Positions 9,481 to 19,986 of a stretch of DNA of 63,304 nt are shown one piece after another. The stretch is from the UHGV virus genome UHGV-1374956; one strand, 5' to 3'. The translations under genes and the position numbers were made by a program. Within the stretch, counting starts at the first letter, position 1, and every line of letters begins with the position of its first letter. The stretch is from a virus. Below the pieces are notes generated by a model. That model did no database searches. It saw nothing but the letters and a program-made list of their open reading frames with translations, and had not been told where the DNA came from.

Positions 9481-10841
9481 TATTTTGCTCCTTCCCTACA
9501 CCAATCTAATACCTGTGATGGTGTAAATTCTTCTTTGGTTTCATTATGCCTAAAACATAAAAACACTGGGAATCTTAAACTAGGATTACCATCTGCATCT
9601 GTTGTTTCTTCAAAATATTGTACTTTAACACTAAAATCTTGAATAAATTTTTCATTTAAAAATATTTTAGAATTAGCCCAAATTATTTCTCTGTCTTCAT
9701 CTTTAAAACCTGAACCAACACCCACAATATTGCCTTTAAATTTTATATTTAAAGCACCTAATCTATCTTTATTTTTTCCGGTTCCTTCACTTATACTATG
9801 TATTTTAAATTCTCCATCTTGCATATCCTTTATTTTAAGAAGACTTTTTGTACGCTTAAATTGATAACAAGCATCACCATCTCTGTACATTAAACCTTCC
9901 CACTTTTTATTTGCTTTTTCATATTGAAATATATAAGGGTCATGTTCTTGTCTTGCTATTAAAACATTAGGTATATCTGTTTCCAGTACAGAATATCCAA
10001 ATCTACTTGAACTTTGAGCTCCTAATAATTCACAAAGTGCTTTATATGCTGATTCAAAAGGTATATGCTGTTCCTTCTGTTTAAATTTATCTATACGAAC
10101 CATATCAAAAATAACATAATATAAATTATTACATTCTAAAGTTCTATTATCACTTGCTGTGAGTGAAATACCTTTTTGAAAATCTTCATTACCCTGCCCA
10201 TCAAAATATAATATTTCTCCATCAAATACTAAATCTCTAACATAATGAGGTAATGCGTCTAAAATATGCTGAATAGGTGCTTGTTTACAAGGCTTATTAG
10301 AACGAGAATATGCTACACCTTCCATTATATACATTCTTTTACCATCAAATTTACGACTATATAAACCATTAGCAAATACCTCACCTTTATAATTTTCTGC
10401 TAATTGAACCTCTGGTTTATTACAAAAATCAGGCCAAATTGTTTGTAGCTTTTTAATACCTAAATTAAGTCTTAAATCTTTAGCGACAACCATGCTCATC
10501 AACCCTTGAGCGTCCAAACTACTGTAACCAGTTATAAAATATTTAAGTCGTCTTACATCGTTTAAATCAGCCGCTCTCTTTTCGGATAATTCATCCAAAA
10601 TTTCTGTAAATTTATGCCAGTCCTCTACTGTAAAATTAGGATTTAATTTACGTTTGATTAAACCTTTCTTAATTGTAACTAATGCCAGTTTGCATTCATC
10701 AATTTTATACATCTTATCTGGATTATATGTATAATCTAAAACTTCTTTTAATAATTCATTTTTATTAGCATTTAAATATTCTAATTGAGCATTTCCAGAA
10801 TATTGCCTCAACCCTTCTACTGTTTTTATAATGTCTTGCAT
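9480..10841 (-). CDS. lig: ATP-dependent DNA ligase
   Basis: KxDG adenylation motif (RKFDGKRM); a 453-aa size typical of phage ligases. Confidence 0.7.
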   Translation of the reverse strand: MQDIIKTVEGLRQYSGNAQLEYLNANKNELLKEVLDYTYNPDKMYKIDECKLALVTIKKGLIKRKLNPNFTVEDWHKFTEILDELSEKRAADLNDVRRLKYFITGYSSLDAQGLMSMVVAKDLRLNLGIKKLQTIWPDFCNKPEVQLAENYKGEVFANGLYSRKFDGKRMYIMEGVAYSRSNKPCKQAPIQHILDALPHYVRDLVFDGEILYFDGQGNEDFQKGISLTASDNRTLECNNLYYVIFDMVRIDKFKQKEQHIPFESAYKALCELLGAQSSSRFGYSVLETDIPNVLIARQEHDPYIFQYEKANKKWEGLMYRDGDACYQFKRTKSLLKIKDMQDGEFKIHSISEGTGKNKDRLGALNIKFKGNIVGVGSGFKDEDREIIWANSKIFLNEKFIQDFSVKVQYFEETTDADGNPSLRFPVFLCFRHNETKEEFTPSQVLDWCREGAK

Positions 10842-11140
10842 TGTACACTCACCTCAATCTTATTCAGAAGTTTATCTTTTATCTCATCTTTAATTGCTGT
10901 GCATAAATATGAATCATTCCTATCAATAAATTCATCTATTATTTGTGATTTCATTTCTGTAATTAACGCATTTTTAAAATTTTCTGATAACTCAGCTAAA
11001 ACGCCTTTAACCAATCTTTCAGCAAATTGTTCACAAACTTCATTACTTTCTTCAAATATCCATTGGTAACAATCTTCACTTAATCTATCTAAAATATCTT
11101 CTTTTAAATTATCTAAAATATCTTCTTTAGTAATTTCCAT
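10826..11140 (-). CDS. hypothetical acidic protein
   Basis: 104-aa ORF. Confidence 0.35.
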   Translation of the reverse strand: MEITKEDILDNLKEDILDRLSEDCYQWIFEESNEVCEQFAERLVKGVLAELSENFKNALITEMKSQIIDEFIDRNDSYLCTAIKDEIKDKLLNKIEVSVQCKTL

Positions 11141-11954
11141 TTCTTAACCTTTCTTCATCAAATACTAATTTATTCCTTCTTTTATTGTTATAAATATTTT
11201 CTAACATTTTAATATATGCGGATGTTGTACTGCATTTATAGCATTTATCTCTTTGATATTCAACTTTTTGAATAAATTCTTTCCAAGTAAACTGTGGATG
11301 CCTAGACACTAAAATTAAAGAACGAATTATTCTATCTGAAGGTTTTAAACCCATATAATGACAACACGCTAACGCTCTTTCAATTTTACCCTCTACTATA
11401 CCTACCTCACAATTTTCAAATTGAAATTTGCCAGCTTTAATAATATCCGTATCGCTTCCGCCTTGTACAGAATCACCAGCAATACTACAAACACAAGTGA
11501 TGCTGATATTATACTTTTTGGACAACTGTAATAATTTAATATAATGAGAATTGCCTTGTTGAGCATAATACGCAACATAGTCCATAACATTCCATTTTTT
11601 TTGTGTGGTATTTAAACTTACTAGAATATTATCAATTCTTTTAGGTTGAACTTGTACAAACTTAATAGGCAACCCCATTTCCTTACAAGCTACAAACCTA
11701 TGCTGGCCATCAATAATTTGCATTTCATTATTTACAGTTATGGGCTGAGAATCTAAAAATCCATATTCCTGTAAAGACTTCTTAATTTTATTGACATGAT
11801 TATAGTCAACTGGTCTATTCGCTGTTAAAAACGAAAATCTATCATATTCTTTTGTTTCTTGCATTTCTTCTTCCTTTACTTGTGTTCGCTTTTTAAAGAA
11901 AAGAGGCAGACATATAAGCAAACAAACAAAACTATCTGCCCCATAGATTGACAT
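11127..11954 (-). CDS. ParB/Srx-like nuclease-domain protein with DGQHR motif (DndB/DpdB-like)
   Basis: IIDGQHRFVACKEMGLP is the DGQHR signature of the DndB-like ParB superfamily. Confidence 0.6.
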   Translation of the reverse strand: MSIYGADSFVCLLICLPLFFKKRTQVKEEEMQETKEYDRFSFLTANRPVDYNHVNKIKKSLQEYGFLDSQPITVNNEMQIIDGQHRFVACKEMGLPIKFVQVQPKRIDNILVSLNTTQKKWNVMDYVAYYAQQGNSHYIKLLQLSKKYNISITCVCSIAGDSVQGGSDTDIIKAGKFQFENCEVGIVEGKIERALACCHYMGLKPSDRIIRSLILVSRHPQFTWKEFIQKVEYQRDKCYKCSTTSAYIKMLENIYNNKRRNKLVFDEERLRNGNY

Positions 11955-11960
11955 ATTATG

Positions 11961-12485
11961 CTAATTGCATAATCGCTTACAAACTTTTTCACGCTCCTCA
12001 ACTGTCATCTTTTTCATATTATTTGCAACTTTAATTTCTGTTTCTAAAAGTTCTTTAACTGTATTTAATTCTAAGTCTCTAACAAAACAATGTTCACCGT
12101 CTGCTAATTTACAAACTACACGTGAAAGTCTTGTTTTTAACCAATCTGTAACAATATTTAATTCTGCGGTAGAGAAAGTGTTTGAAGTATCTTCTTGCTG
12201 TTCTACATTATTAAAACACATATTATTTAATTTTTTAAACATTGAACATAATATACCAGGGTCAGGATTAGGTACTCTAAGCGGTTCAAAAGGTGTATCA
12301 CCATATTTTGGATTTTTCATACTACCACTTATTAAACCCAATCTAATAAGTCTACATTTACAAGCAAACCATGTTCTACCTAACTGTTCACCCATTTGTG
12401 TAAATGAAAAATGATTATAAAACATTTTCTCTAATTTCTTGTCTTCACTTTTCGTCCATTCTTTACCGTGTCTTTCTAATGACAT
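11961..12485 (-). CDS. hypothetical protein
   Basis: 174-aa ORF. Confidence 0.4.
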   Translation of the reverse strand: MSLERHGKEWTKSEDKKLEKMFYNHFSFTQMGEQLGRTWFACKCRLIRLGLISGSMKNPKYGDTPFEPLRVPNPDPGILCSMFKKLNNMCFNNVEQQEDTSNTFSTAELNIVTDWLKTRLSRVVCKLADGEHCFVRDLELNTVKELLETEIKVANNMKKMTVEEREKVCKRLCN

Positions 12486-12486
12486 A

Positions 12487-12669
12487 TTAAATTCCTCCTT
12501 CTAAAAATTTATGTAACACACTTATTTGATGCTTATTTAAAGTGATGGTATTACCACTTATATTAACCACCGCGAATTTACTAAATTCTGAATAATCATT
12601 TTGAGCTTCTTCTAAAACTATATTTAATATTTTAAATACCTGTTGTAACTCTTCTCTACCTAATTGCAT
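12487..12669 (-). CDS. small protein (start reassigned to the internal Met with an AAAGGAGA RBS)
   Basis: The upstream MLYNK codons are actually the conserved promoter motif. Confidence 0.4.
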   Translation of the reverse strand: MQLGREELQQVFKILNIVLEEAQNDYSEFSKFAVVNISGNTITLNKHQISVLHKFLEGGI

Positions 12670-12710
12670 AATGTCTCCTTTTGTTCGTTGCTTTTGTACT
12701 TTTGCTATAT

Positions 12711-12729
12711 TTTTATTGTATAACATAAA
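12711..12729 (-). promoter_or_regulatory. conserved promoter motif (copy 3)
   Basis: TTTATGTTATACAATAAAA on the minus strand. Confidence 0.45.
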
Positions 12730-12924
12730 TTAAGCTATGCACGATTTTTTGGTAATTTATTTACGAATGCTTTACCTTCTATCTGTATGCTATTAAAGTC
12801 AAAGCGTGTATTTCTACACGCCTTTAAAATTTGACTTTATATGAACAAAATATTGCCAGTCTTTCCTGGCTGTCATCTACACTCCGGAAATATACACCAC
12901 GTAGTACACACGTTGAAAGGAGCC

Positions 12925-13704
12925 CTACGATTCAATTGCGACGGGCTGGTTTGCTATTTCCTTTTCTAATTCTTCAGTTTTATTAGCCAATTCTTCTTGT
13001 TCCTTAGCTAACTCATCATCAGATTTTATACCTAATACTTCACGTTTACTTTTTAATGATTGTTTTCCATTAATTTTACCAGTTCCGTTTTTCTGTTTAT
13101 TTGGTGTAGTTTTAGGTTTATAATTTTTTTCAAACTCAACTACAATATCAATAATTTTATAAATTTCTTCAACTTTAGATGAATTGTTAAATTTGAAAAT
13201 ATGGTCTAAAACATACATATGAGTAGGTGGTACTGTTCTTCCCATTTGGGCAAGTTCCTTATGAGGAAGAATAGCTTCACTTCTCACAACAACTTTGATA
13301 CCAATGAGTCTCTTACCCCACCAAACTTCCATAATATTACGTTTATGTCCTTCAAGACGAACTCTTGTATAAGAACAAGTTTTCTTAGTCAAACAACCTT
13401 TTTTCTCTAAATAAGAGATAATTTTATTAGCTAATTGTGAACACTCTTCTTTAGGTGGTAAATCTCCATTTGGTTTATTTGGGTCATTTACTCTTGCATC
13501 TAATTTAGCTTTTTTCTTAGCCATTTCTTTAGCTTCTTCTAGTTCTTTTTCATCAACAATTCCACAAGGTTTATACCATCTTTTTAAATTAGACATTTTA
13601 ACAGTTTTTTGAGTACCGTCAAAATCTAATACAACCTCATTTTCGTTTTCAGAAATAACTGTACCAATAGCTCCGTTTCTTAGCGACTCGTATTTTTTTG
13701 TCAT
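12925..13704 (-). CDS. hypothetical protein
   Basis: 259-aa ORF with a K/E-rich coiled-coil C-terminus. Confidence 0.45.
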   Translation of the reverse strand: MTKKYESLRNGAIGTVISENENEVVLDFDGTQKTVKMSNLKRWYKPCGIVDEKELEEAKEMAKKKAKLDARVNDPNKPNGDLPPKEECSQLANKIISYLEKKGCLTKKTCSYTRVRLEGHKRNIMEVWWGKRLIGIKVVVRSEAILPHKELAQMGRTVPPTHMYVLDHIFKFNNSSKVEEIYKIIDIVVEFEKNYKPKTTPNKQKNGTGKINGKQSLKSKREVLGIKSDDELAKEQEELANKTEELEKEIANQPVAIES

Positions 13705-13746
13705 GCAAATTCTCCTTTCTTTTTCATTGCATTTTTAATTTACTTA

Positions 13747-13763
13747 TTTATTGTATAACATAA
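13747..13763 (-). promoter_or_regulatory. conserved promoter motif (copy 4)
   Basis: TTATGTTATACAATAAA, with TTGTAA 16 nt upstream. Confidence 0.45.
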
Positions 13764-13834
13764 TTAAAATTTTACAATATATTCTTAATAATTTTTTACA
13801 TTTTATCTATACCATAAGTGCCAAGTTTCCTCAA

Positions 13835-14173
13835 TTATTTTCTAAATTTAATTTTCAAAATGTTTAGCATTTCTTTATCAGTAAGCATACCTTTAAATTT
13901 AGGACCTACAAAATAATCTACATCTCCTGACAACCATCTATTCAACATAGGCAAGTGGTCTGAATATCTTATTTTAATCATTTTATTATTTTTAACTACT
14001 GTAATATATACCGTTCCAGTTGTTTCATAGATATAAATAAATACTATATAATTTTCATCCAACAACTTTTCACAAAATTTAACCCATCTTGGTTTCACAT
14101 CTGTATAAAAATTTTGTAGATATTCTTTATTTATCCAGATGTTCTTCCTTATTTCTTTCTTTGAGTATTCCAA
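13835..14173 (-). CDS. hypothetical protein
   Basis: 112-aa ORF. Confidence 0.4.
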   Translation of the reverse strand: MEYSKKEIRKNIWINKEYLQNFYTDVKPRWVKFCEKLLDENYIVFIYIYETTGTVYITVVKNNKMIKIRYSDHLPMLNRWLSGDVDYFVGPKFKGMLTDKEMLNILKIKFRK

Positions 14174-14299
14174 GTAAACCTCCGCTATTTAAAGATTGTA
14201 GGTACTTTTTATAACAAGTTAAGCCAAAACCTCTTTGAATACTTTCTTTACTCTTAAGCAACCTACCACAATATCTACAATATTTAGTTGATACTTCCT

Positions 14300-15271
14300 T
14301 CATAATATCCTCGCTAACAAATAATCCAGAATAAAATCTTGCGAAATTGCTCCTGTTTTTATTTTAACATCTAAATCTTGTAAAAACAAAAGAAAATCTT
14401 CACTTTCATTTATACTAAAATAACTATCATAATCTAATGCACATTTTACCTGCCATGGTGTCATTCCTGTTCTTTCACATACACCTTTTCCACCTCCATC
14501 ATTTTTAAACTGTACAAGGTTTCTAAAAGATGTGCATAATAACGCAATTAACGTAACTTCAGAATTTCTTGATTTAACTTCCTTCCGTTGTGTTAAGCAC
14601 GCATAAGCATTTCTATTCATTACATTTGTGGCATATTGCAATATATCAAATTCTTTGTCTTGATGTATTCCATTATCCTTTACAAGCCAATCAAAACAAG
14701 TATCCAAATCTTTACCAGTAGCTTTTGACAAACATACAATTTTATCAATTTCATTCATTACTCTAGAATAAGAATTACTACACCATTCGCATAATTGTTC
14801 TAATTTCTTTACATCTAAATTCATTGCTTTGGATTGTGCATATTTAATAAGCATATCTGTAGATAATTTGTCAAATTTAATCATAATATCTTCAAAGAAT
14901 TTATAAAATTTTGAAGACCTTTTATCTATTTCAGGCTGGATTAGAATAATATGTTGTCCTGAAATACCATTTTTTAACATTTCCCACAGTTTCTCTTCCT
15001 GTTTGAAGGCATTATCTTGGCGTACTAAGTATAAATACCTTACCTTTACTAATGATTTTAAATTTAACTGCTTACTTACTTCCTGTATTGAATCCGCCCA
15101 TTTTATGGTTAGTCCTAACTTTTTACATATTTGGCGAATATAAATATCCATAATACCTTCTTCTTCGCCTGTAAATATATAAAAATTTCTAATATTGCCT
15201 GCTACAATATCATTTTTCAAATCACTTATTAACATCTTTCGTCTATTCCTTTCATAATTTGTAAAACCCAT
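14300..15271 (-). CDS. clamp-loader subunit (DNA pol III delta-like)
   Basis: 323 aa, directly downstream of the delta' and gamma/tau homologues, as in holA-holB-dnaX arrangements. Confidence 0.45.
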   Translation of the reverse strand: MGFTNYERNRRKMLISDLKNDIVAGNIRNFYIFTGEEEGIMDIYIRQICKKLGLTIKWADSIQEVSKQLNLKSLVKVRYLYLVRQDNAFKQEEKLWEMLKNGISGQHIILIQPEIDKRSSKFYKFFEDIMIKFDKLSTDMLIKYAQSKAMNLDVKKLEQLCEWCSNSYSRVMNEIDKIVCLSKATGKDLDTCFDWLVKDNGIHQDKEFDILQYATNVMNRNAYACLTQRKEVKSRNSEVTLIALLCTSFRNLVQFKNDGGGKGVCERTGMTPWQVKCALDYDSYFSINESEDFLLFLQDLDVKIKTGAISQDFILDYLLARIL

Positions 15272-16050
15272 CTATCCATAATAGCAGGTTTATAAAAATT
15301 ATTACCTTGAAGAAGTGATAAAGTTTTTTGAGATTCCTTAACAATTATATCTCCAAACTCAACTTGACCTTTTCTTTCTACATACATATTTATTAAAACA
15401 GTCAAGAAAAATACTGGGTCAATTCCTTCAGCATCTTTTTTCAATGACAGCTTACTTAAAATTTTATAAGCATTGACTTTTGATACTTCACCCATATAAT
15501 CTAAAACTTTACCAGCTAATTCTTTAACCTCATCATATTTACCTGATTCTATATAATATTCAAAATCAGCTAAAGAATTACAAGACTTCATTAGAACTTC
15601 ATATTGTGAAGCATCTATATTTATATTTTTCAATGTGCAATATTGCACATAATCTTCAAAAGAATAGGGCTCTAATTTAATGACACGAGCCCTAGAATTA
15701 AGAGTTGCCATAGCTGTGCCTACTGAATGTAGAATAATGTAGGCGTTTTTAGGCGTCTCCTCCGTAACTTTCAACAAACTATTTTTGGCGGCAGGGTACA
15801 TTTTATCCATATCCTCGCACCAATATACGCACGGTTGTTTTATAGTATAGATTGTTGAAATAATTTGTCTTACTGAATCCACACCAGGTTGAAATTCAGA
15901 TTTCAAAGCATTTAATTTTTCTGCAATTAGCTGAGTAATATAAGTCCTACCAGAACGTCTTGACCCTGTTAGAATAATAAAATGCGGACAATTTTCTAAA
16001 GTTAAATTATCTATAAAATCTTTAATCTTTGACTGGCCTACTAATTGCAT
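15229..16050 (-). CDS. clamp-loader subunit (delta'-like AAA+)
   Basis: LTGSRRSGRTYI degenerate P-loop; adjacent to dnaX. Confidence 0.45.
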   Translation of the reverse strand: MQLVGQSKIKDFIDNLTLENCPHFIILTGSRRSGRTYITQLIAEKLNALKSEFQPGVDSVRQIISTIYTIKQPCVYWCEDMDKMYPAAKNSLLKVTEETPKNAYIILHSVGTAMATLNSRARVIKLEPYSFEDYVQYCTLKNINIDASQYEVLMKSCNSLADFEYYIESGKYDEVKELAGKVLDYMGEVSKVNAYKILSKLSLKKDAEGIDPVFFLTVLINMYVERKGQVEFGDIIVKESQKTLSLLQGNNFYKPAIMDRWVLQIMKGIDERC

Positions 16051-17045
16051 AAAACCACCATTGTACTTTCTACCAATAATTTTGGATTGGTTTCATATCT
16101 TAAACTACCATCTAATTGTATAAGTTCTTTTAATAATTCAACAGGTGCTGAAGAACAATTATCAGTCAAATAGTCCATTTTATCTTTAAATGCTGACGGT
16201 ACATTTATAAAATTAAAGTTTTTAAGATTACTATATGTACATAAATCTAACACGAAACTCAATAACTGTTTAACCAGAAATTTAATTTCCACACCACTCA
16301 TATATAACTTTTCAATAATCTCTATTACCGTACCTGCTTCCTTGTTCTTTAACGCTAAAACAATATCAGATAACACATCGTAATCAATATAACCTAATGC
16401 TTCTATAACAGAATCAACTGTAATTTTAGGTTGGTAATCAATACATTTTTCTAATAAAGAAATTGCATCACGCATTCCGCCATTTGCCATACGTGCTATA
16501 AATTCAATGGCCTCATCATCATAATCTTTAAGATTTTCCTGTTCCAAAATATATTTCAATCTTTGGATAATTGTTTTAAGTGTAATTCGTTGAAAATCAA
16601 AACGCTGAACTCTTGATAATATTGTCGCAGGTACTTTATTCGGTTCAGTAGTACAAAAGATAAAAATTGTATTTTTAGGTGGTTCCTCTAATATTTTTAA
16701 CATAGCATTCCAGCCTTCTGTGGTTATCATATGAGCTTCGTCTATAATAAATATTTTATATTTACTGTCTAAACTTTGAAACCCAGCTTCATCAATAATT
16801 GTTCTAATCTTATCTACACCATTATGTCTGGCCGCATCCTTTTCAATTGGCATACCTTTACCTTTATTCAAGGCATTAGCTAAAATACGAGCTGACGTAG
16901 TTTTTCCGCAACCTGCCGGGCCTGTAAATAAATATGCGTTTTTAGGACAATCTTCATCTATTTGGTATTGTAAAATATTTACGATACTCTCTTGTTCACA
17001 CAAATCTTCAAAAGATTTAGGTCTGTAATCTACTGCTAATGTCAT
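16041..17045 (-). CDS. dnaX: DNA polymerase III gamma/tau-like clamp-loader ATPase
   Basis: FTGPAGCGKTTSARILANAL Walker A, FIIDEAH Walker B/DEAD-like, and a sensor region. Confidence 0.7.
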   Translation of the reverse strand: MTLAVDYRPKSFEDLCEQESIVNILQYQIDEDCPKNAYLFTGPAGCGKTTSARILANALNKGKGMPIEKDAARHNGVDKIRTIIDEAGFQSLDSKYKIFIIDEAHMITTEGWNAMLKILEEPPKNTIFIFCTTEPNKVPATILSRVQRFDFQRITLKTIIQRLKYILEQENLKDYDDEAIEFIARMANGGMRDAISLLEKCIDYQPKITVDSVIEALGYIDYDVLSDIVLALKNKEAGTVIEIIEKLYMSGVEIKFLVKQLLSFVLDLCTYSNLKNFNFINVPSAFKDKMDYLTDNCSSAPVELLKELIQLDGSLRYETNPKLLVESTMVVLCN

Positions 17046-17455
17046 TTATTTTCTCCTCTCTTTTAAAAAGCATAAAACCCACACCATCAATAAAAATTCA
17101 GGTGCAAATATCCAAACTAAAATTTTTTCTATTTCATCTGCTTCATAACTTGCACTATTAAACATATTAAAAATGTACAATACGCAAATTAAATGAATTA
17201 TAAGATAACTTAATGTAATATTTATACTAATCATTTGAATTCTCCACCATACTATTTATAACTGGTTTAACTTTATCTAACATTTTTTGTCTAAATTCTG
17301 GACTTTGAATATACATTAAAGATACTGATTTAAGTTGCTTTTGTACTACATCTTTAATTAAATCATCAATATTTTCTTCCAAAACTTGATTAACTACTTC
17401 ATCCAATCTTTCTGTTATTTTACTTGTTATTTTATCTACGATTTCTCCGCTTAAA

Positions 17456-17800
17456 TTAACATTCACATTCATAATATTTCTCCTTATACGCCTGTAATAA
17501 ATTCTTAAAATCATTTTCATTTACTGCATAAAAATTTGGTTGATTTGGACCATAATTAAATGCTATACAAGACATTTCCTTATTCATTGCAAAGGCTTCA
17601 TTTCTTATTTTATCAAACCATTCTTTTCTAATTGAGACACTTTGTTTAGGTGTTGTAACTGTCTTCGCATCTACAAGCATAAAATCTAATTTTACATCAC
17701 CTGCCACAAAATTGGCCGCCCCACTATTAGGCTGAACTCTGCCCCCTAAATTTTTAGCAATTTGTTTTTCTTGCATACTAGAATATTTTCTTGTATTCAT
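17456..17800 (-). CDS. putative small PD-(D/E)XK nuclease
   Basis: D...LVDAKT motif; 114 aa. Confidence 0.35.
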   Translation of the reverse strand: MNTRKYSSMQEKQIAKNLGGRVQPNSGAANFVAGDVKLDFMLVDAKTVTTPKQSVSIRKEWFDKIRNEAFAMNKEMSCIAFNYGPNQPNFYAVNENDFKNLLQAYKEKYYECEC

Positions 17801-18043
17801 TTATACTCCTATAAATCCGCAACCAAGAACTGATATTTGTCTATTAGTTATTTGACTTACTCTTTCCTCACAACGCTGTCTTAATTTTTTATCAGTTTCT
17901 TTAAAAATCCACCAATATTTTTTACGCTTTAAGCCTAATTTTATAGCTATTGAATCAAGTTCTCTTCCTTTTATATACGGTATATCCATTACGCCTCCTG
18001 TGCTTGTATTATATTTACATATTGTGAAATTATGTCCATACAT
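17801..18043 (-). CDS. putative HTH DNA-binding protein
   Basis: ELDSIAIKLGLKRKKYW helix-turn-helix-like segment. Confidence 0.3.
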   Translation of the reverse strand: MYGHNFTICKYNTSTGGVMDIPYIKGRELDSIAIKLGLKRKKYWWIFKETDKKLRQRCEERVSQITNRQISVLGCGFIGV

Positions 18044-18212
18044 TGAGCATGACTCTCACATTTATTAAACATAGCCAACAAAGTTTCTACTTGTAAATCT
18101 TTATGAGCTTCTAATAATTCATGTATTGCCTCTCCTAGTGTGACATAAATATTTTGATAATAGTTTGAAATAACGATTACCGGTTTCATATTTACCTCTT
18201 TTTCCGTTGCTT

Positions 18213-18230
18213 AATTATTGTATAACAAAA
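18213..18230 (-). promoter_or_regulatory. conserved promoter motif (copy 5)
   Basis: TTTTGTTATACAATAATT. Confidence 0.45.
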
Positions 18231-18256
18231 GTATAGAAATTTAAAGTAATTATTAA

Positions 18257-19369
18257 CTAACCTAAACATTCTATCAAATACTTATACATTACCTCTTCGT
18301 TCTCTATAAATTCCTGTAAACTTGCTTTACCTTGGAATTTTAAATCGTTGTCTTCTTCATCTTTTAATACCGTACCATCTGTATCTAAAATAGAATAAAA
18401 AGCTCCAGCCCTGACAATAGTACCATTCAACAAACTTACATCTATTAAATCTGAAATATAGTCAATACCACGCTCGTAGTTTAAAGTATAAAAACCTTCT
18501 TTACGACATGGTGGGAACTTTTTAGTCTTTTCAATATGTATTTTTACAATATTTCCGGAAGGTTCTTCACAACCTTGTGGTAATTCTCTATTTTGTGCAT
18601 CTAAATATTTTCCTTTTGAAAACATAATTCTAACAGCACAATGGTGTTTGAATGTTTTTCCTCCAGGTGTTTTATATTGTACATATTGTGAGTCAATTAC
18701 TTCTCTAACTTGATTTATCATAATAACTGCCATCTTATACTTAGATGCAAGTCGTGTAATTTTCTTTGAAAATCTAGTCAATGCACCTGCAATACCACAA
18801 TATACTTTTTCATTTAAGTTCTTTTCTACTTCTTGTTCACTATATAATGCTCCTATACTATCAAGAAGTAAAAAACCAACTTCGCCTGTTTCCGCCATAT
18901 CTAAAGCTATTTGTAAAATATCCTCACCTGACTGGTTTTCTGGAGTTAGTATATATAAATCATCAACATCTACTCCTAATTTGGTTGCCCAGTCAGCATC
19001 AAAAGAAGTTTCTGCATCTAAAAATAAACACTTTTGAGGTCCTCTTTCTACTAACATAGCATATTCTTTTTTCTGTGCCGCCGTTGGCGATTTAATTGCT
19101 TCTAATTCTGCTACCTTTTCTTCATATTCCTTTTTAAATAACTTTTGAGCATTAGCTAATAAGTCAAGAGCTGTGGTAGTTTTTCCACCGCCACCATCAC
19201 CATAAAATTCAGCCATATACCCTCTTGGAAATCCTCCATAAGTCATATGATTTAATCTTGGACTGGAAAAAGGAATTCTTGGAATATTTTCAAAAGTAGC
19301 ACCTTTTCTTAATAATTCTGCACCCATTTTTTTATTTAAGTTAGCACATATTACATCTAATTGTCCCAT
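18257..19369 (-). CDS. recA: RecA recombinase
   Basis: FYGDGGGGKTTTALDL Walker A and LFLDAETSFD; collinear with the RecA core through the LLLDSIGAL region. Confidence 0.8.
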   Translation of the reverse strand: MGQLDVICANLNKKMGAELLRKGATFENIPRIPFSSPRLNHMTYGGFPRGYMAEFYGDGGGGKTTTALDLLANAQKLFKKEYEEKVAELEAIKSPTAAQKKEYAMLVERGPQKCLFLDAETSFDADWATKLGVDVDDLYILTPENQSGEDILQIALDMAETGEVGFLLLDSIGALYSEQEVEKNLNEKVYCGIAGALTRFSKKITRLASKYKMAVIMINQVREVIDSQYVQYKTPGGKTFKHHCAVRIMFSKGKYLDAQNRELPQGCEEPSGNIVKIHIEKTKKFPPCRKEGFYTLNYERGIDYISDLIDVSLLNGTIVRAGAFYSILDTDGTVLKDEEDNDLKFQGKASLQEFIENEEVMYKYLIECLG

Positions 19370-19371
19370 AA

Positions 19372-19986
19372 TTAACCCTTTCTAAATCTTCCTGAATCAA
19401 CATTTGCTAATTCTTGTTCACCCATTCTTCTACTAATTACTTTTTTAATTGAAGATAATAATTCGTATGCCGCCTCTAACTTTTGTTTAATTCGCTTATA
19501 TGCTCTTTGATAAGCTCTATAAACAATTTCTTCTTCTAATGTTCCAGCTTCACTCGCCGCCTGTTTATCCGCAATAGTACCTTTTGTTCTTTGATGAATT
19601 TGATTATAAAGTTCCATTTTTACACTTTTTGCAATATCTTCTTTAATACCAAATTTTTCTTGTGCCTCACCTATAAAATATAAATATGTAGGCAATTTCA
19701 TACATACATCATCTAATTCCCATTCTGTTACTGGATTTTCTTTATCTAATAAACATTGTTTAAATTTGGATATTAACTCATCAATTTGTTGACAATGCTC
19801 ATAAATTAAATCCTCAACTACTGCTTCTATTTGTTTAGAATTATCTTCAACCCTACCTATAATATTTTGTATTATTTCCTGCTGAGATTTAGGTTCTTCT
19901 GCGGGTGGGTCTGCTTGTTGTATAGTTTCCTCTACAGTTACATTTTCCTTTTGTTCATCTACCTGAGATTCTTTCTTATTTGCCAT
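19372..19986 (-). CDS. hypothetical acidic protein
   Basis: 204-aa ORF. Confidence 0.4.
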   Translation of the reverse strand: MANKKESQVDEQKENVTVEETIQQADPPAEEPKSQQEIIQNIIGRVEDNSKQIEAVVEDLIYEHCQQIDELISKFKQCLLDKENPVTEWELDDVCMKLPTYLYFIGEAQEKFGIKEDIAKSVKMELYNQIHQRTKGTIADKQAASEAGTLEEEIVYRAYQRAYKRIKQKLEAAYELLSSIKKVISRRMGEQELANVDSGRFRKG

